Shown here piece by piece: positions 18,174 through 28,550 of a DNA stretch of 64,000 bases (the first letter of the stretch is position 1; each line of letters opens with the position of its first letter). The notes beneath the pieces are model-generated. The model searched no databases. It saw nothing but the letters and a program-made list of their open reading frames with translations, and was not told where the DNA came from. The stretch covers positions 1,446 through 65,445 of the forward strand of contig CAZBGU010000001.1 in the NCBI GenBank assembly GCA_964491805.1. Reading direction: 5' to 3'. This stretch comes from an uncultured Candidatus Saccharibacteria bacterium. GTDB lineage: Bacteria; Patescibacteriota; Minisyncoccia; Phycocordibacterales; UBA5272. The position numbers and the translations under genes were made by a program.

Positions 18174-19238
18174 TCAGCAGGGTTGGGTGTCTCTTCGTGA
18201 GAGCTTATTCATCTTGCTGCTAATTTTTTTGTATAGAGTCTTTCTCCATTTTGCTTCTGATTTTCCAACTAGGTAGCTTACGGTAATCATGCCCGTAGCA
18301 GTAATGATCGAAGATAGGGTTATCATGCCAAATGATTTTCCAAGAATGATACTGCCTATTTTTTGATGAATAAGGTAGAGCGGGTAGGTGATTAGCCCAA
18401 GATTTTTTGCAACTGCGATAACGTGTTTGTTGGTAATAAATTGTGAAATGTATACAACTATAAGAAAAACAATGAATAGCCCAAACACAATGAGCTGCCC
18501 TGTGTGGTCATAGATACCAAACGCATTGGTTCGTGGAAGTGGGTCTGAAGCAAGAACTGAGCTTATATAAAGTGGGGCAACTGCTGATAAGATAAGCGTC
18601 ATCACAGTAGCGAAAACTTCCTCTTTCTTTAGGACTTTATACATACTATAAAGATATGCAATGAGTCCTCCAAAAATAAAATAAGGAGCTTGACGAGCAA
18701 GAAAAACTTTTGATAGAAGGAGATGGTAGAACCCAAAATAAAATGCAGCAAGTGAGATTGAGAGCCATCCTATATAAAAGTAGAGCACTCTTTTAACGTC
18801 AAAGAAATATACAAAAAGTCCAATAAAAAAATAAAACAAAATTTCAATGGTAAGTGTCCAGTACGAACCGTCAATCATGAACGCAGTCTTGCCATTGTTG
18901 ACGATAAGTAAATTGTAGAGGTAAATATGAAAAGGGAGATGGTCTCCACTTGAGGGAATAAGTGTTACTAGGTAGGTGATGGTACACAGAAACCAGAAGA
19001 GTGGGTATAGTCGCAAGAATCTTCCGAGTGTGTAGTCTTTTATATCCTTACCTAAACTAAAAAAAATCACGAACCCACTAATAATAAAGAATAGCTGCAC
19101 CCCGAGCATGCCGTAACTACTAAAGAGAGAAAATATTCCAGACTTTCCAATTAATGAGTGCGAAAAATAGTGAAAGCACATCACTGCAAAAGCTGCCAAA
19201 AAACGTAAAACGTCAACAAGGGGAAAGTAGGAATTCAT
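18174..19238 (-). CDS. Acyltransferase family 3 (OafA/YrhL-type) membrane O-acyltransferase
   Basis: 'VDVLRFLAAFAVMCFHYF' AT3 N-terminal motif. About 10 TM helices. Confidence 0.75.
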   Translation of the reverse strand: MNSYFPLVDVLRFLAAFAVMCFHYFSHSLIGKSGIFSLFSSYGMLGVQLFFIISGFVIFFSLGKDIKDYTLGRFLRLYPLFWFLCTITYLVTLIPSSGDHLPFHIYLYNLLIVNNGKTAFMIDGSYWTLTIEILFYFFIGLFVYFFDVKRVLYFYIGWLSISLAAFYFGFYHLLLSKVFLARQAPYFIFGGLIAYLYSMYKVLKKEEVFATVMTLILSAVAPLYISSVLASDPLPRTNAFGIYDHTGQLIVFGLFIVFLIVVYISQFITNKHVIAVAKNLGLITYPLYLIHQKIGSIILGKSFGMITLSSIITATGMITVSYLVGKSEAKWRKTLYKKISSKMNKLSRRDTQPC

Positions 19239-19284
19239 TAAGGTTCGGCTGTATTTTGCCTTATTCTAACGCATAATCGGTAAA

Positions 19285-21114
19285 ATGTATACTTTAGGTC
19301 AAGCTTACAGCGTCATGTATTCATGTTATAATGGTCCCTATATGGAACAAGAAGATTTTGTGCTTGGTATTCATTATGGGCACGATGCAACGGTAGTTTT
19401 AATGAAGAATGGAGAAGTTGTAGAAGCGATGTCAGAAGAGCGCTTGAGTCGCCAGAAGAAGCATATGGGGTTTCCTGCTGAGTCATTGAGATATATTCAG
19501 AAAAAATACAACCTTCCTTCTTGTAAGAATGTTGTTGTGGTCGGGGAGAACCCAGATTGGGATGGGTACATATTTACGACAAAAGAGGATAATATTGAGA
19601 TACGGAAACATGGCAACCTTCACTCAAAAGATTTTTTAAGAGCAATTGGTTTTAAGTTTCCATTCATTGGTAAACTTATTGGATTGCGTGATATCTTACT
19701 TATTAAGAAGATGACATCAGGTGTCGGTGCACGTGTAGATGCTTTTCTTAAAGAGAGATTGCCGGATGCAACTATTACGCGTATTTCTCATCACCTTGCT
19801 CATGCGTGGGCAACTGTTCCTTTTCTTCCGGATACAAAATCAAAAAGACTTGTGCTTACTTTAGATGGTGCAGGAGATAATTTGTCAGGCTCGATTAACT
19901 TGTACGAAAATGGCATACTCACTCAGTTGCACACGATTCCAATGTCAGCATCCGTAGGGCTGCTGTATTGTGCTGTTGTTGACTTGTTGGGTATGTCTCG
20001 TAACGAACATGAGTTCAAGGTAATGGGTTTGGCACCGTATGCTAAGGCAAGTAGTGGAGAAAAGGTGTATGAAAAGTTAAAGAAGCTTGTCTGGTTTGAT
20101 GAAGAATCTATGACCATACAATCAAGTATTCCGCTAAATCGTGCCACGCCATACCTTCTTGCTAATGAATATTACTATCACCGATTTGATTCGTTGGCAT
20201 ACGGGATACAGAAGTTAACGGAAGAGATAATTAAGGATATGGCACGTGCAGCAATAAAGAAGTATGGCATTGCTGATCTTGCGGTTGGTGGTGGAGTTTT
20301 TATGAATGTAAAGGCAAACCAGTTTTTGCTTGAGCTTCCAGAAGTGAAGAGTCTTGTTGTTGTGCCTTCTTGCGGTGATGAGTCACTTGCAATTGGAGCG
20401 GCAGCTTATGGATTTGTAAATGCGCACAGCGGTGCTATTTCTCAGCTCAAAAAAATTAATAATCTATACCTCGGATCATCGTACTCAAATGAAGAGATTA
20501 AGAAATCTATCGATACATATCCGTATACAAAAGAATGTTCGGTTGTATTTTTTGACCCAAAGAAAGGAGAGAGTATTGAAAAAAAAGTTGCTGAACTTCT
20601 TGCATCAAACAATGTAGTTGGCCGTCTTAAAGGAAGAGCAGAATGGGGTGCTCGTGCACTTGGTAATCGATCGATACTTGCTAACCCATCTTCAAAGGAT
20701 AATGTGAAACTGATTAATGAAATGATAAAAGGGAGAGATTTCTGGATGCCATTTGCAACATCACTTCTTTATGAAGAAAGGAACATCTACCTTGAGGTGA
20801 CAAAAGATTTTTTTGCTCCGTATATGTCGATTACGTTTAATACAAAAGAGAAGGCTCATAAAGAGCTCATCGCTGCGCTTCATCCATATGATCTCACTTC
20901 ACGACCTCAGATGGTGACAAAAGAAATGAATCAAGAGTATCATACACTTATCTCTTCTTTTCATTCTATAACTGGAATAGGTGGGGTGCTTAATACATCT
21001 TTCAATCTGCACGGTGAGCCAAATGTCGAGACACCTTATGATGCGCTGCGAACGTTTGAATTGTCTGGCCTTAAGCACCTTGCACTTGGTGATTATCTTA
21101 TAAGTAAGAAATAG
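19285..21114 (+). CDS. Carbamoyltransferase (NodU/CmcH family)
   Basis: 'LGIHYGHDATVVLMKNGEVVEAMSEERLSRQKKH' N-terminal carbamoyltransferase motif. About 600 aa. Confidence 0.8.
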   Translation: MYTLGQAYSVMYSCYNGPYMEQEDFVLGIHYGHDATVVLMKNGEVVEAMSEERLSRQKKHMGFPAESLRYIQKKYNLPSCKNVVVVGENPDWDGYIFTTKEDNIEIRKHGNLHSKDFLRAIGFKFPFIGKLIGLRDILLIKKMTSGVGARVDAFLKERLPDATITRISHHLAHAWATVPFLPDTKSKRLVLTLDGAGDNLSGSINLYENGILTQLHTIPMSASVGLLYCAVVDLLGMSRNEHEFKVMGLAPYAKASSGEKVYEKLKKLVWFDEESMTIQSSIPLNRATPYLLANEYYYHRFDSLAYGIQKLTEEIIKDMARAAIKKYGIADLAVGGGVFMNVKANQFLLELPEVKSLVVVPSCGDESLAIGAAAYGFVNAHSGAISQLKKINNLYLGSSYSNEEIKKSIDTYPYTKECSVVFFDPKKGESIEKKVAELLASNNVVGRLKGRAEWGARALGNRSILANPSSKDNVKLINEMIKGRDFWMPFATSLLYEERNIYLEVTKDFFAPYMSITFNTKEKAHKELIAALHPYDLTSRPQMVTKEMNQEYHTLISSFHSITGIGGVLNTSFNLHGEPNVETPYDALRTFELSGLKHLALGDYLISKK

Positions 21115-21177
21115 ATAACAAGAATCTAGGTTAGAGAATATATCAAAAAGCGTATTTTGTTGTTGATGTGCATAAAA

Positions 21178-22290
21178 TTATTTTTTGCTCTCTTTGATTG
21201 CTTGCACTAGATTTTTGCAAACATAAGCAATTTCTTTTTTGGTTAGCTCTGAAAAAAATGGTAATGCGATAGTGTGTTTGGATATCTCTTCAGTAATCGG
21301 AAAGTCTCCTTCTTTGTGTCCAAAGTCTTCTCTGTAAAACTTTTGAAGGTGAATAGGAGGGAAGTAGATGTTAGTTGAGATGCCTTTCTCTTTAAGAATA
21401 GCAATAACGTTATCTCTGTTAACTTTCTTAGAGACCTGTATTACAAAAACAAACCAGCTCTCCTTGTTATTCTTAGCAATTGTTGGAAGGATGATATCTT
21501 TGTTACCTTGTAGTAATTTGAAATACTCCTTTGCAACTGATTCACGCAACGTTAGTAGTTTATTAATTTTTTTCAACTGAGTGATACCGAGAGCACAACT
21601 CATCTCATCGAGCCGGTAGTTGTAGCCAATTCTACTATGACCAAGCCAAGCCATTGAGTCTCTTCCTTGATTTTTGTGACTCTTGCTTAATGCGGCAATT
21701 TCGTCGCTGTTGGTAACAATCATACCGCCTTCACCTGTTGTAATTTGTTTGTTTGGATAAAAAGCAAATACAGCAGCATCACCGAATGTGCCCGCCTTTT
21801 TCCCTTTGTGAGTAGCACCTATTGCTTCACACGCATCTTCTATAACGAGAAGTTTGTGTTTTTTTGCTATCTTCATGATTGCTGTCATGTCACACATTTG
21901 ACCAAATACATGAACAACGAGAATAGCTTTTGTTTTTGGTGTTATTGCTGCTTCTATCTTTTTTGGGTCGATATTGTAGGTTTTCTTATCGATATCAACG
22001 AAAACAACCTTTCCCTTTTCGAACAAGATGCAGTTAGCTGATGCTACGAAACTAAATGGGGTAGTAATAACTTCATCACCGTCTTGTATTCCCATAGACT
22101 TAATGATGAGATGGAGTCCTGATGTTCCGCTATTGACTGCGATTGCATGTTTCACACCAATGTATCCGGCAAAGGTCTCTTTGAATTCCTGAAGTTTTGG
22201 ACCAAGACTCAGAGTTCCAGATTGGAGCACCTCCGTTACCGCCGCGATGTCTTTTTTATCAATATGTGGTTTGCTTAGTCTGACTTTCAT
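21178..22290 (-). CDS. DegT/DnrJ/EryC1/StrS-family PLP-dependent sugar aminotransferase
   Basis: 'AIAVNSGTSGLHL' and a conserved Lys region. 370 aa. Confidence 0.85.
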   Translation of the reverse strand: MKVRLSKPHIDKKDIAAVTEVLQSGTLSLGPKLQEFKETFAGYIGVKHAIAVNSGTSGLHLIIKSMGIQDGDEVITTPFSFVASANCILFEKGKVVFVDIDKKTYNIDPKKIEAAITPKTKAILVVHVFGQMCDMTAIMKIAKKHKLLVIEDACEAIGATHKGKKAGTFGDAAVFAFYPNKQITTGEGGMIVTNSDEIAALSKSHKNQGRDSMAWLGHSRIGYNYRLDEMSCALGITQLKKINKLLTLRESVAKEYFKLLQGNKDIILPTIAKNNKESWFVFVIQVSKKVNRDNVIAILKEKGISTNIYFPPIHLQKFYREDFGHKEGDFPITEEISKHTIALPFFSELTKKEIAYVCKNLVQAIKESKK

Positions 22291-22455
22291 TTTTTAATAA
22301 TTTAACTTTATAGTAGCTTGTATATTGCATAATATCATCAACATCAGGTAACCACAATTAGATACATCATATTAAGGGAAAGCGACAAGTGGTGGCTTGA
22401 TAGATACTTAAAAGTGTTGTATAATAGTACGCATCCAATCTTTCGAAAGGAACGT

Positions 22456-23097
22456 ATGCAATTGCCATCAAAAAAGATAATTGTGCTTGGTGGAGGTGGT
22501 CAAGCGAAGGTGCTCATCGACGTCCTCTTGCAGCTTCCTGAATATCAGGTCGTTGGTTTTCTGGATGACAACGAAGCAAACACAGAGCTTCTTGGTGTCA
22601 AGAGGGTCGGGAAACTGACAGTAGTTGACCAAGCTCTTGAGACGAACGTGCTCGCACTTGGTCTTGGGCATGTCGGGCACCCTGACTTCTTGAAGAGAAC
22701 GGTTGAGATGTATACCAAAGCCGGTTTTTCATTCGAGACTATCATCTCGCCCGCAGCAACAGTCTCAAGGTTTGCCAAGCTTGGTCATGGAGTAGTAGTT
22801 GCTGCGGGAGCTGTCATTCAGCCTCTCGTAGAAATTGCTGACTATTGCATCGTTAACACCAATGCATCGGTTGACCATGATTGTAGGGTTGGTGCTTTCA
22901 CCCATATCGCACCAGGTACAGCAATCTCAGGAAATGTCACCATCGGGGCTTCATGCCTTCTTGGGACGGGGTCACGTGTCATCCAGGGGGTGAAGATCAC
23001 AGATGGTTGCATTGTCGGTGCGGGTGCGGTCGTGGTATCAGATTGCAACGAAAGTGGGACATATGCAGGTGTTCCTGCGGTCCGTTTTTATAAATAA
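22456..23097 (+). CDS. NeuD/PglD-family sugar N-acetyltransferase (left-handed beta-helix)
   Basis: 'KKIIVLGGGGQAKVLIDVL' N-terminal domain plus hexapeptide repeats. Confidence 0.7.
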   Translation: MQLPSKKIIVLGGGGQAKVLIDVLLQLPEYQVVGFLDDNEANTELLGVKRVGKLTVVDQALETNVLALGLGHVGHPDFLKRTVEMYTKAGFSFETIISPAATVSRFAKLGHGVVVAAGAVIQPLVEIADYCIVNTNASVDHDCRVGAFTHIAPGTAISGNVTIGASCLLGTGSRVIQGVKITDGCIVGAGAVVVSDCNESGTYAGVPAVRFYK

Positions 23098-23260
23098 ATA
23101 ATTAAACAGGTTTGCTGCCAGTTTTGTTGCGGGCTGTGCTAGAAACAGTGGATGAGACTGAAGTCGTTACATTTTAGTGTTCTCCCAATTTTGATTGTAT
23201 TTATTGTGTTATAATTGTGATTGTATTTGTTTAACTTGAAAAGTAAGGTGATTCTTTTCT

Positions 23261-24514
23261 ATGACTAAGATTAAAAAAATAATTGGTATCTTTATAAATT
23301 TTCTTGGTCAGAAGTTCAGTTTTGACGCTCATTATTTTGCCAAGAATACGTTTTGGTTACTTCTTGGACAAGGGATAGCGTCAGTGTCGATGTTTGCAGT
23401 TACTGTTGTACTTGCTAACAACGTACCAAAGAGTGTTCTCGGTGATTACAGGGTCATTATCTCGGTCTACTCGACTCTGACCTTCTTTGCACTTTCGGGT
23501 ATAACTCCTGCGCTTACTCGTTCTATTGTTAATGGCTACGATGGATCACTTGCTCTTGCTTTGACGACAAAGAAAAAGTATAGCCTGCCCGCCTTCTTTG
23601 TCGGTATTGGTATTTCATTTTATTTTTGGGTAGTGCGAGATAATCCTATTTTTGGCATAAGTTTTCTTATTATGTCACTTTGCTTACCCATAATCGAAGC
23701 ATATGCTTTGTATGTGCCGTATTTACAGGGGAAGCACGAGTTCAAATTCAGCTCTTTAAGTACAGGTATACTGCGACTCTCTTCCAGCGTGGTAGTTGCT
23801 ATTGTGGCATATCTTCATCCGACTACTATATATATAGTTGGAGCTTTTTATGGAGCGCAGGCTCTTACTTTATTTGTGCAGTACAAGGTCCTTATTGCAA
23901 AATTCCCTCCAGAGAATACTAATGAAGATAAGGATATGATACCGTATTCACGCCATACGACATTCGCTGGGTTGTTTTATATGATACTTGGCCAGGCAGA
24001 TAAATTCATTATGTATCATTTTTTCGGGTCGATATCTCTGGCGTCCTATTGGATAGCCTCTACAATTCCTCAAGAAGTTGGGAAAATAACAAATGCCGCA
24101 CTTCAAGTGGCATATCCAAAATTTGTAAAAGGGGATCATAGTACCATTAAGCCAGTTCTTGTTAAAAAGCTAGTAACATTAACGTGGGTCTTTGTCGCTA
24201 TTTCTTGTGTCTACGCATGTGTAGCTTTTCCGTTTTTTCATATCTTCTTCCCTATGTATATTGATCAAGTCTGGAAATCGATTGTGCTTATGTTTGGATT
24301 TGCTGTCGTGCCCCATATTTTTGTGTGGCAGTACTATATTGCGCAAAGAAATGTTAAAGTTATGTATATAAGTAATGCCGCAGATCCTATTCTTCAGGTT
24401 GTTCTTGTTGTTGCTTTTGTTCCGTTCTTTGGTGTGTGGGGGTTTGTATATTCTGTTGTAGCAAAAACACTTATACTAAACATACTTGCCTGGTATGTTC
24501 TTAGACGTTATTAG
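23261..24514 (+). CDS. Wzx-like oligosaccharide flippase (MOP superfamily)
   Basis: About 12 TM helices. Polysaccharide-biosynthesis-protein N-terminus. Confidence 0.65.
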   Translation: MTKIKKIIGIFINFLGQKFSFDAHYFAKNTFWLLLGQGIASVSMFAVTVVLANNVPKSVLGDYRVIISVYSTLTFFALSGITPALTRSIVNGYDGSLALALTTKKKYSLPAFFVGIGISFYFWVVRDNPIFGISFLIMSLCLPIIEAYALYVPYLQGKHEFKFSSLSTGILRLSSSVVVAIVAYLHPTTIYIVGAFYGAQALTLFVQYKVLIAKFPPENTNEDKDMIPYSRHTTFAGLFYMILGQADKFIMYHFFGSISLASYWIASTIPQEVGKITNAALQVAYPKFVKGDHSTIKPVLVKKLVTLTWVFVAISCVYACVAFPFFHIFFPMYIDQVWKSIVLMFGFAVVPHIFVWQYYIAQRNVKVMYISNAADPILQVVLVVAFVPFFGVWGFVYSVVAKTLILNILAWYVLRRY

Positions 24515-24538
24515 TAGTTAATATAAAAACTAATTTAT

Positions 24539-25351
24539 ATGTCACGATTTGTACACATTATTTCTAAAGCTTTAGCTTTTTTATACAGATATAGACGTCA
24601 CCCACTCTATATGTTTGTTTTTTTATATTGTTACTGTTTGAGAAACTTTACATTCGGGATACATTTTTATTCAAACGAAGAGTTATTAGAGGAGTTGAAA
24701 AAAGGGAAGTCAATTATTCGTTTTGGTGATGGAGACATGGTAAGCATCCCTCTTGATCTTGAAAATTGTTACCATGTATCAGATCAAAAGTTAAAGGACA
24801 TGTATACAACTATTATCAAGTCATATCGTACTAGTAGCCCGTATGTTCTCTCTGTTCCTGTATTTGTTAACACAAAAAACACAGACCTTAAAAAAATGGG
24901 TCCAGGAAAGTTGCGATGGGGGGTTTCTATGAAGACTATGTTCTTCTTACGTTTCAATAAAAATGTACCATATATGGATGCACACAACTTTTACTATGAT
25001 AGTTTTTTTGAAGGTGTAATAGCTCCAGTTTTTAAGGATAAGCAGGTTGTTTTTGTGACAAACAAAAAGACAATAGAAAAACAAAAAAACAATCAGAATC
25101 TTCCTTGGAAAAATCCACTATTTGTTGAGACACCATTTGTGGATGCGATGAATGCGTATGAAGATATTAAGAAAGACTTGGATGAAAAAATTTCTTCATA
25201 CAAAAAAAGTGACATTGTTATTTTTGCTGCGATGGGGCCAGTTGGTAAATATATTCTCTACGAATATGCAGAGAGAGGGTATCAGGGTGTTGATATTGGT
25301 AAAGTGTGTGAAGTTATGTATACAGGAGAGTCAATTCAGTATATGATATGA
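24539..25351 (+). CDS. Putative DUF1792/GT-D-like glycosyltransferase (paralog B)
   Basis: 'IIRFGDGDMVSIP', 'SSPYVLSVP'. 270 aa. Paralog of 16616..17428. Confidence 0.35.
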   Translation: MSRFVHIISKALAFLYRYRRHPLYMFVFLYCYCLRNFTFGIHFYSNEELLEELKKGKSIIRFGDGDMVSIPLDLENCYHVSDQKLKDMYTTIIKSYRTSSPYVLSVPVFVNTKNTDLKKMGPGKLRWGVSMKTMFFLRFNKNVPYMDAHNFYYDSFFEGVIAPVFKDKQVVFVTNKKTIEKQKNNQNLPWKNPLFVETPFVDAMNAYEDIKKDLDEKISSYKKSDIVIFAAMGPVGKYILYEYAERGYQGVDIGKVCEVMYTGESIQYMI

Positions 25352-25360
25352 CAAAATCGC

Positions 25361-26320
25361 TTAGAGACCTTGCTGTGTATCTTTCTTTGGTCTGAAGTAA
25401 TTTTTCTTGGCAAGAAATGTATCAAACTCTTTTTTTGATATCGCTTTTTCCGAGCTAAAACTTACATCTTCAATGGTGAGTTTGTTAATTATGTTCTTGT
25501 GATGAACTAAAAAGACATTTCTCTCTCTGTGGAATTTTGCTCTAGGGATTTCATGTTCAGCAAAGAGGTGTTCGTGAATTTTTTCTGAAAGTCTTGGGAC
25601 ACCCATTTCCCAACGAAGACCAAACTTTTCTGTAAAGATATCAAATAAGTCTTTTACTTTGAATGCCTTGACGTTAGGGATCACATTGTACCCGGTATGT
25701 TTAAGTGCGTATTCGATGTACTCAGCTGCCTCATCTATGTCCATCATGAAGCGTGTCATGTCTTTTCCGTACAATTTGAGACTGTAGTTGTTTGCAATAG
25801 AGTCCCACATAAGTGGAAGTACAGATCCAGCCGAGTCTAGTAGGTTGCCAAAAACTACGGTTGATAGTTTTGTTTTTTCTTTCTCTGCATCCATGATGAA
25901 TGCTTCACCGGCGACAAGTTTCATCGCACCATAGAGCGTCGTCGGGTTTCTGCTTTTATCAGTAGAAACAAATGTTGCTGCCTTTAGTTTGTTTTTTATT
26001 GCCGCTTTTCTTGAGTTTAGTGCCCCTTGAATAATAACCTCAACAGCCTCACTAACATTTTGATTGACTGCTTCAATCTGCTTGAGCGATGCAGTGAAAA
26101 TCGCAATAGTGTGACCCTTCATTGATTCTTCAAGAAGTTCATAGTTTCTTATATCTCCAACCACACAGCGAATATTAGGAAATTGTTTCTTAAGGAAGTA
26201 GTGCTTATTTTCATCACGACTAAAAATGGTCACCTCATTGTCCTTGTAAAATCTCTTCACAAGAGCCCTTCCTAGTGATCCTGCCCCTCCTGTTATAAAG
26301 ATTTTTTCATTTTTTAACAT
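25361..26320 (-). CDS. UDP-GlcNAc 4,6-dehydratase (PseB/PglF/CapD-type, NAD-dependent)
   Basis: 'IFITGGAGSLGRALVKRF' Rossmann motif. 319 aa like PseB/FlaA1. Confidence 0.8.
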   Translation of the reverse strand: MLKNEKIFITGGAGSLGRALVKRFYKDNEVTIFSRDENKHYFLKKQFPNIRCVVGDIRNYELLEESMKGHTIAIFTASLKQIEAVNQNVSEAVEVIIQGALNSRKAAIKNKLKAATFVSTDKSRNPTTLYGAMKLVAGEAFIMDAEKEKTKLSTVVFGNLLDSAGSVLPLMWDSIANNYSLKLYGKDMTRFMMDIDEAAEYIEYALKHTGYNVIPNVKAFKVKDLFDIFTEKFGLRWEMGVPRLSEKIHEHLFAEHEIPRAKFHRERNVFLVHHKNIINKLTIEDVSFSSEKAISKKEFDTFLAKKNYFRPKKDTQQGL

Positions 26321-26530
26321 AAAAGTAAGTATACCTTCCTTTTGCTATATCGATAAAAGAGTTAACAGAAGGAATGTTTGTATACGGATGATTCTATCAT
26401 TTTATAGGTAAACCCACAATTATTAATGATGTCATTATATTTTTGGCTTGTGGATTGGCGGGGTGTGTTACTATGCTTATATGTGCGCATGTTGTATATT
26501 GTGGATTATAGTAAATAATATATTCTCGGT

Positions 26531-27613
26531 ATGAAAGATAATAAAGGAAAAGTTTTTTTTGTATGTTTTATTGATGGCTATTTTAAAGCGCTTCATTCTT
26601 TTTCTGCTTCTCAAAATTACTACCTCTACCCACTTCTTTTGGCTGTAGATGTTGGGTACAAACCGGTAGCTATTGTTAGAGGCGGGGCTGATCTTATGCT
26701 GACTGACCCTCATTTTCATGATGCTATCAAGGTTATAGAGTATACAAATGGTTTCCAATACTTTTACTTACTTATCAAGTATTCCTTACATCAGTCTATT
26801 TTTTATATTAATAGTCATACTTTGCCATCGTACTTCTCTCTTGTCATTTCAAAACTATTTTTATGTAAAACTATTTTTATGGGGCATATTCAGCCAAAGA
26901 GAACAACTAAGTTTAGACAGTTTATTTTTAATACCGTATTATTTTTTGTCGACAAGGTTAGACTAAATAATGATTCAGAAAAAGCCTTTCTCATTGAGCA
27001 AAAGATTGACCCACGCAAATTGCATACTGTGCCTTTAGTGGTTAATAATTCTGCTTTTTATAGGATTAATAATGATTACTCTACAAGGAAAGATATAGTC
27101 TATTATGGTAATACAACCCGGCAAAAAGGGCTGCCGACAATATTTGAGGCATTTACAATTGTTAAACATGAGTTTCCTGATGCTCTACTTCACCTTGTTG
27201 GAAGTAAAGGGGACTACGATCCAAAAAATGACATAGATACATACAACATAAAAGATAACGTTGTTATTCATGGTCCATATAACCATGGCAAAGATCTTAA
27301 CTCATTATTAAATTCTTTTCTTGTTTTTGTGATATCGACGAAAGGGGAAGGGCAGTGTCTTGCTGTGTATGAGTCAGCTCTTGCTGGTAACGCTCTTTGT
27401 CTTCCTAGGATCATGTCATTTCAGGAAGTCTTTAAGGACAAGGCATTATTTCATGATCTTAATGATGCTCATGGTTTGGCTAAGAACATAATTACGTATC
27501 TGAAAGACATTGAATTGATTAAAAGTTATAACGATGACTGTATTGAAATGATACAAACAGGGTACAGTGAACATGCTATAGAGAAAAAAATAGTTTCCCT
27601 ACTTACCTTTTAG
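26531..27613 (+). CDS. Glycosyltransferase family 4 (GT-B, Glycos_transf_1)
   Basis: C-terminal 'EGQCLAVYESALAGNALC' E-x7-E region. Confidence 0.65.
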   Translation: MKDNKGKVFFVCFIDGYFKALHSFSASQNYYLYPLLLAVDVGYKPVAIVRGGADLMLTDPHFHDAIKVIEYTNGFQYFYLLIKYSLHQSIFYINSHTLPSYFSLVISKLFLCKTIFMGHIQPKRTTKFRQFIFNTVLFFVDKVRLNNDSEKAFLIEQKIDPRKLHTVPLVVNNSAFYRINNDYSTRKDIVYYGNTTRQKGLPTIFEAFTIVKHEFPDALLHLVGSKGDYDPKNDIDTYNIKDNVVIHGPYNHGKDLNSLLNSFLVFVISTKGEGQCLAVYESALAGNALCLPRIMSFQEVFKDKALFHDLNDAHGLAKNIITYLKDIELIKSYNDDCIEMIQTGYSEHAIEKKIVSLLTF

Positions 27614-27620
27614 GAGGTGT

Positions 27621-28550
27621 TTATATACAGAGTATATTTGTTTGGGTTTCTACTCTTTTTAGAAATTCAGGAATGATGTTTTTTGTAATCTCCTTTCTTT
27701 TGTCGTCGAGATCATAAATTTTATAACCAAGATCAAAAATGTAGTGCAAAAATTCTTCACTCGAGATATCCATTTTATTGTAAAAGATAGGAGAGAACTC
27801 TACGATCATTTTCGGATGATATTTTTCAATCGACTTCCTCATTCCTTGAAGTGCATAAAATTCATATCCCTCAACATCTATTTTAACAAAATCAATAACA
27901 CCTCTATCGTGCCAAAACTCGTCAAAGATTTTTGTTTCTGCTTTTATTACATCACTTGCACCAAGTCTTTTTTTAAACGTCGTGTTACCCATGTTTAGGT
28001 TGTTTAGATAAATATCTTTTACTTCATTTGTGTTAGATAGTCCGAAATTGCATACTTCGATATTCGTGAGATTGTTCTTAGTAACACTGTCATGTATCTG
28101 ATCTGTTAACTTTTTTATCGGATCAAAAGCGTAGATCTTTCCATTTTTGGCTACTTTAGCCATGTATAGCGCATGTTGTCCAATGTTGGAACCAATATCA
28201 AGACAGGTGCTGTCAGTACGCAGATGTGTTCTTATCTCGCGAAGCATATCCGCCTCCCATACACCCTTAGAATAGATTTCCTTATCAACAAGACCGTTAT
28301 GTGGGTCGAGTTTTATCTCAAATGAAATATCATCAAGCAAAACTTTTTTATAAAGCGGTTTAGTGAAATGAATAAGTGAAAGCTCTTCTTTCTCTCTTTT
28401 GTTGTGGTCAGACAGAAAATATCTTCCATATTTAAATACTTTGTAAAAAAAGAAGTACATAGTATCTGGTAAATATTTTTTTAAAACTGTTTTCACTGCG
28501 TTTATGATTTTTGGCATATGTTTATTGTGTTGTATGTAAGTTAGAGTCAA
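27621..28550 (-). CDS. FkbM-family methyltransferase
   Basis: 'CLDIGSNIGQHALYMAK...IYAFDP'. Confidence 0.7.
   Translation of the reverse strand: MTLTYIQHNKHMPKIINAVKTVLKKYLPDTMYFFFYKVFKYGRYFLSDHNKREKEELSLIHFTKPLYKKVLLDDISFEIKLDPHNGLVDKEIYSKGVWEADMLREIRTHLRTDSTCLDIGSNIGQHALYMAKVAKNGKIYAFDPIKKLTDQIHDSVTKNNLTNIEVCNFGLSNTNEVKDIYLNNLNMGNTTFKKRLGASDVIKAETKIFDEFWHDRGVIDFVKIDVEGYEFYALQGMRKSIEKYHPKMIVEFSPIFYNKMDISSEEFLHYIFDLGYKIYDLDDKRKEITKNIIPEFLKRVETQTNILCI

Noticed and set aside
23098-23260. Direct repeats 'ttgattgtattt' and 'attgtgattgtatttgttt' upstream of the wzx-like gene.
   Set aside because: Short AT-rich repeats in a promoter region are probably just low-complexity promoter or UP-element sequence. 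They are not a distinct element.
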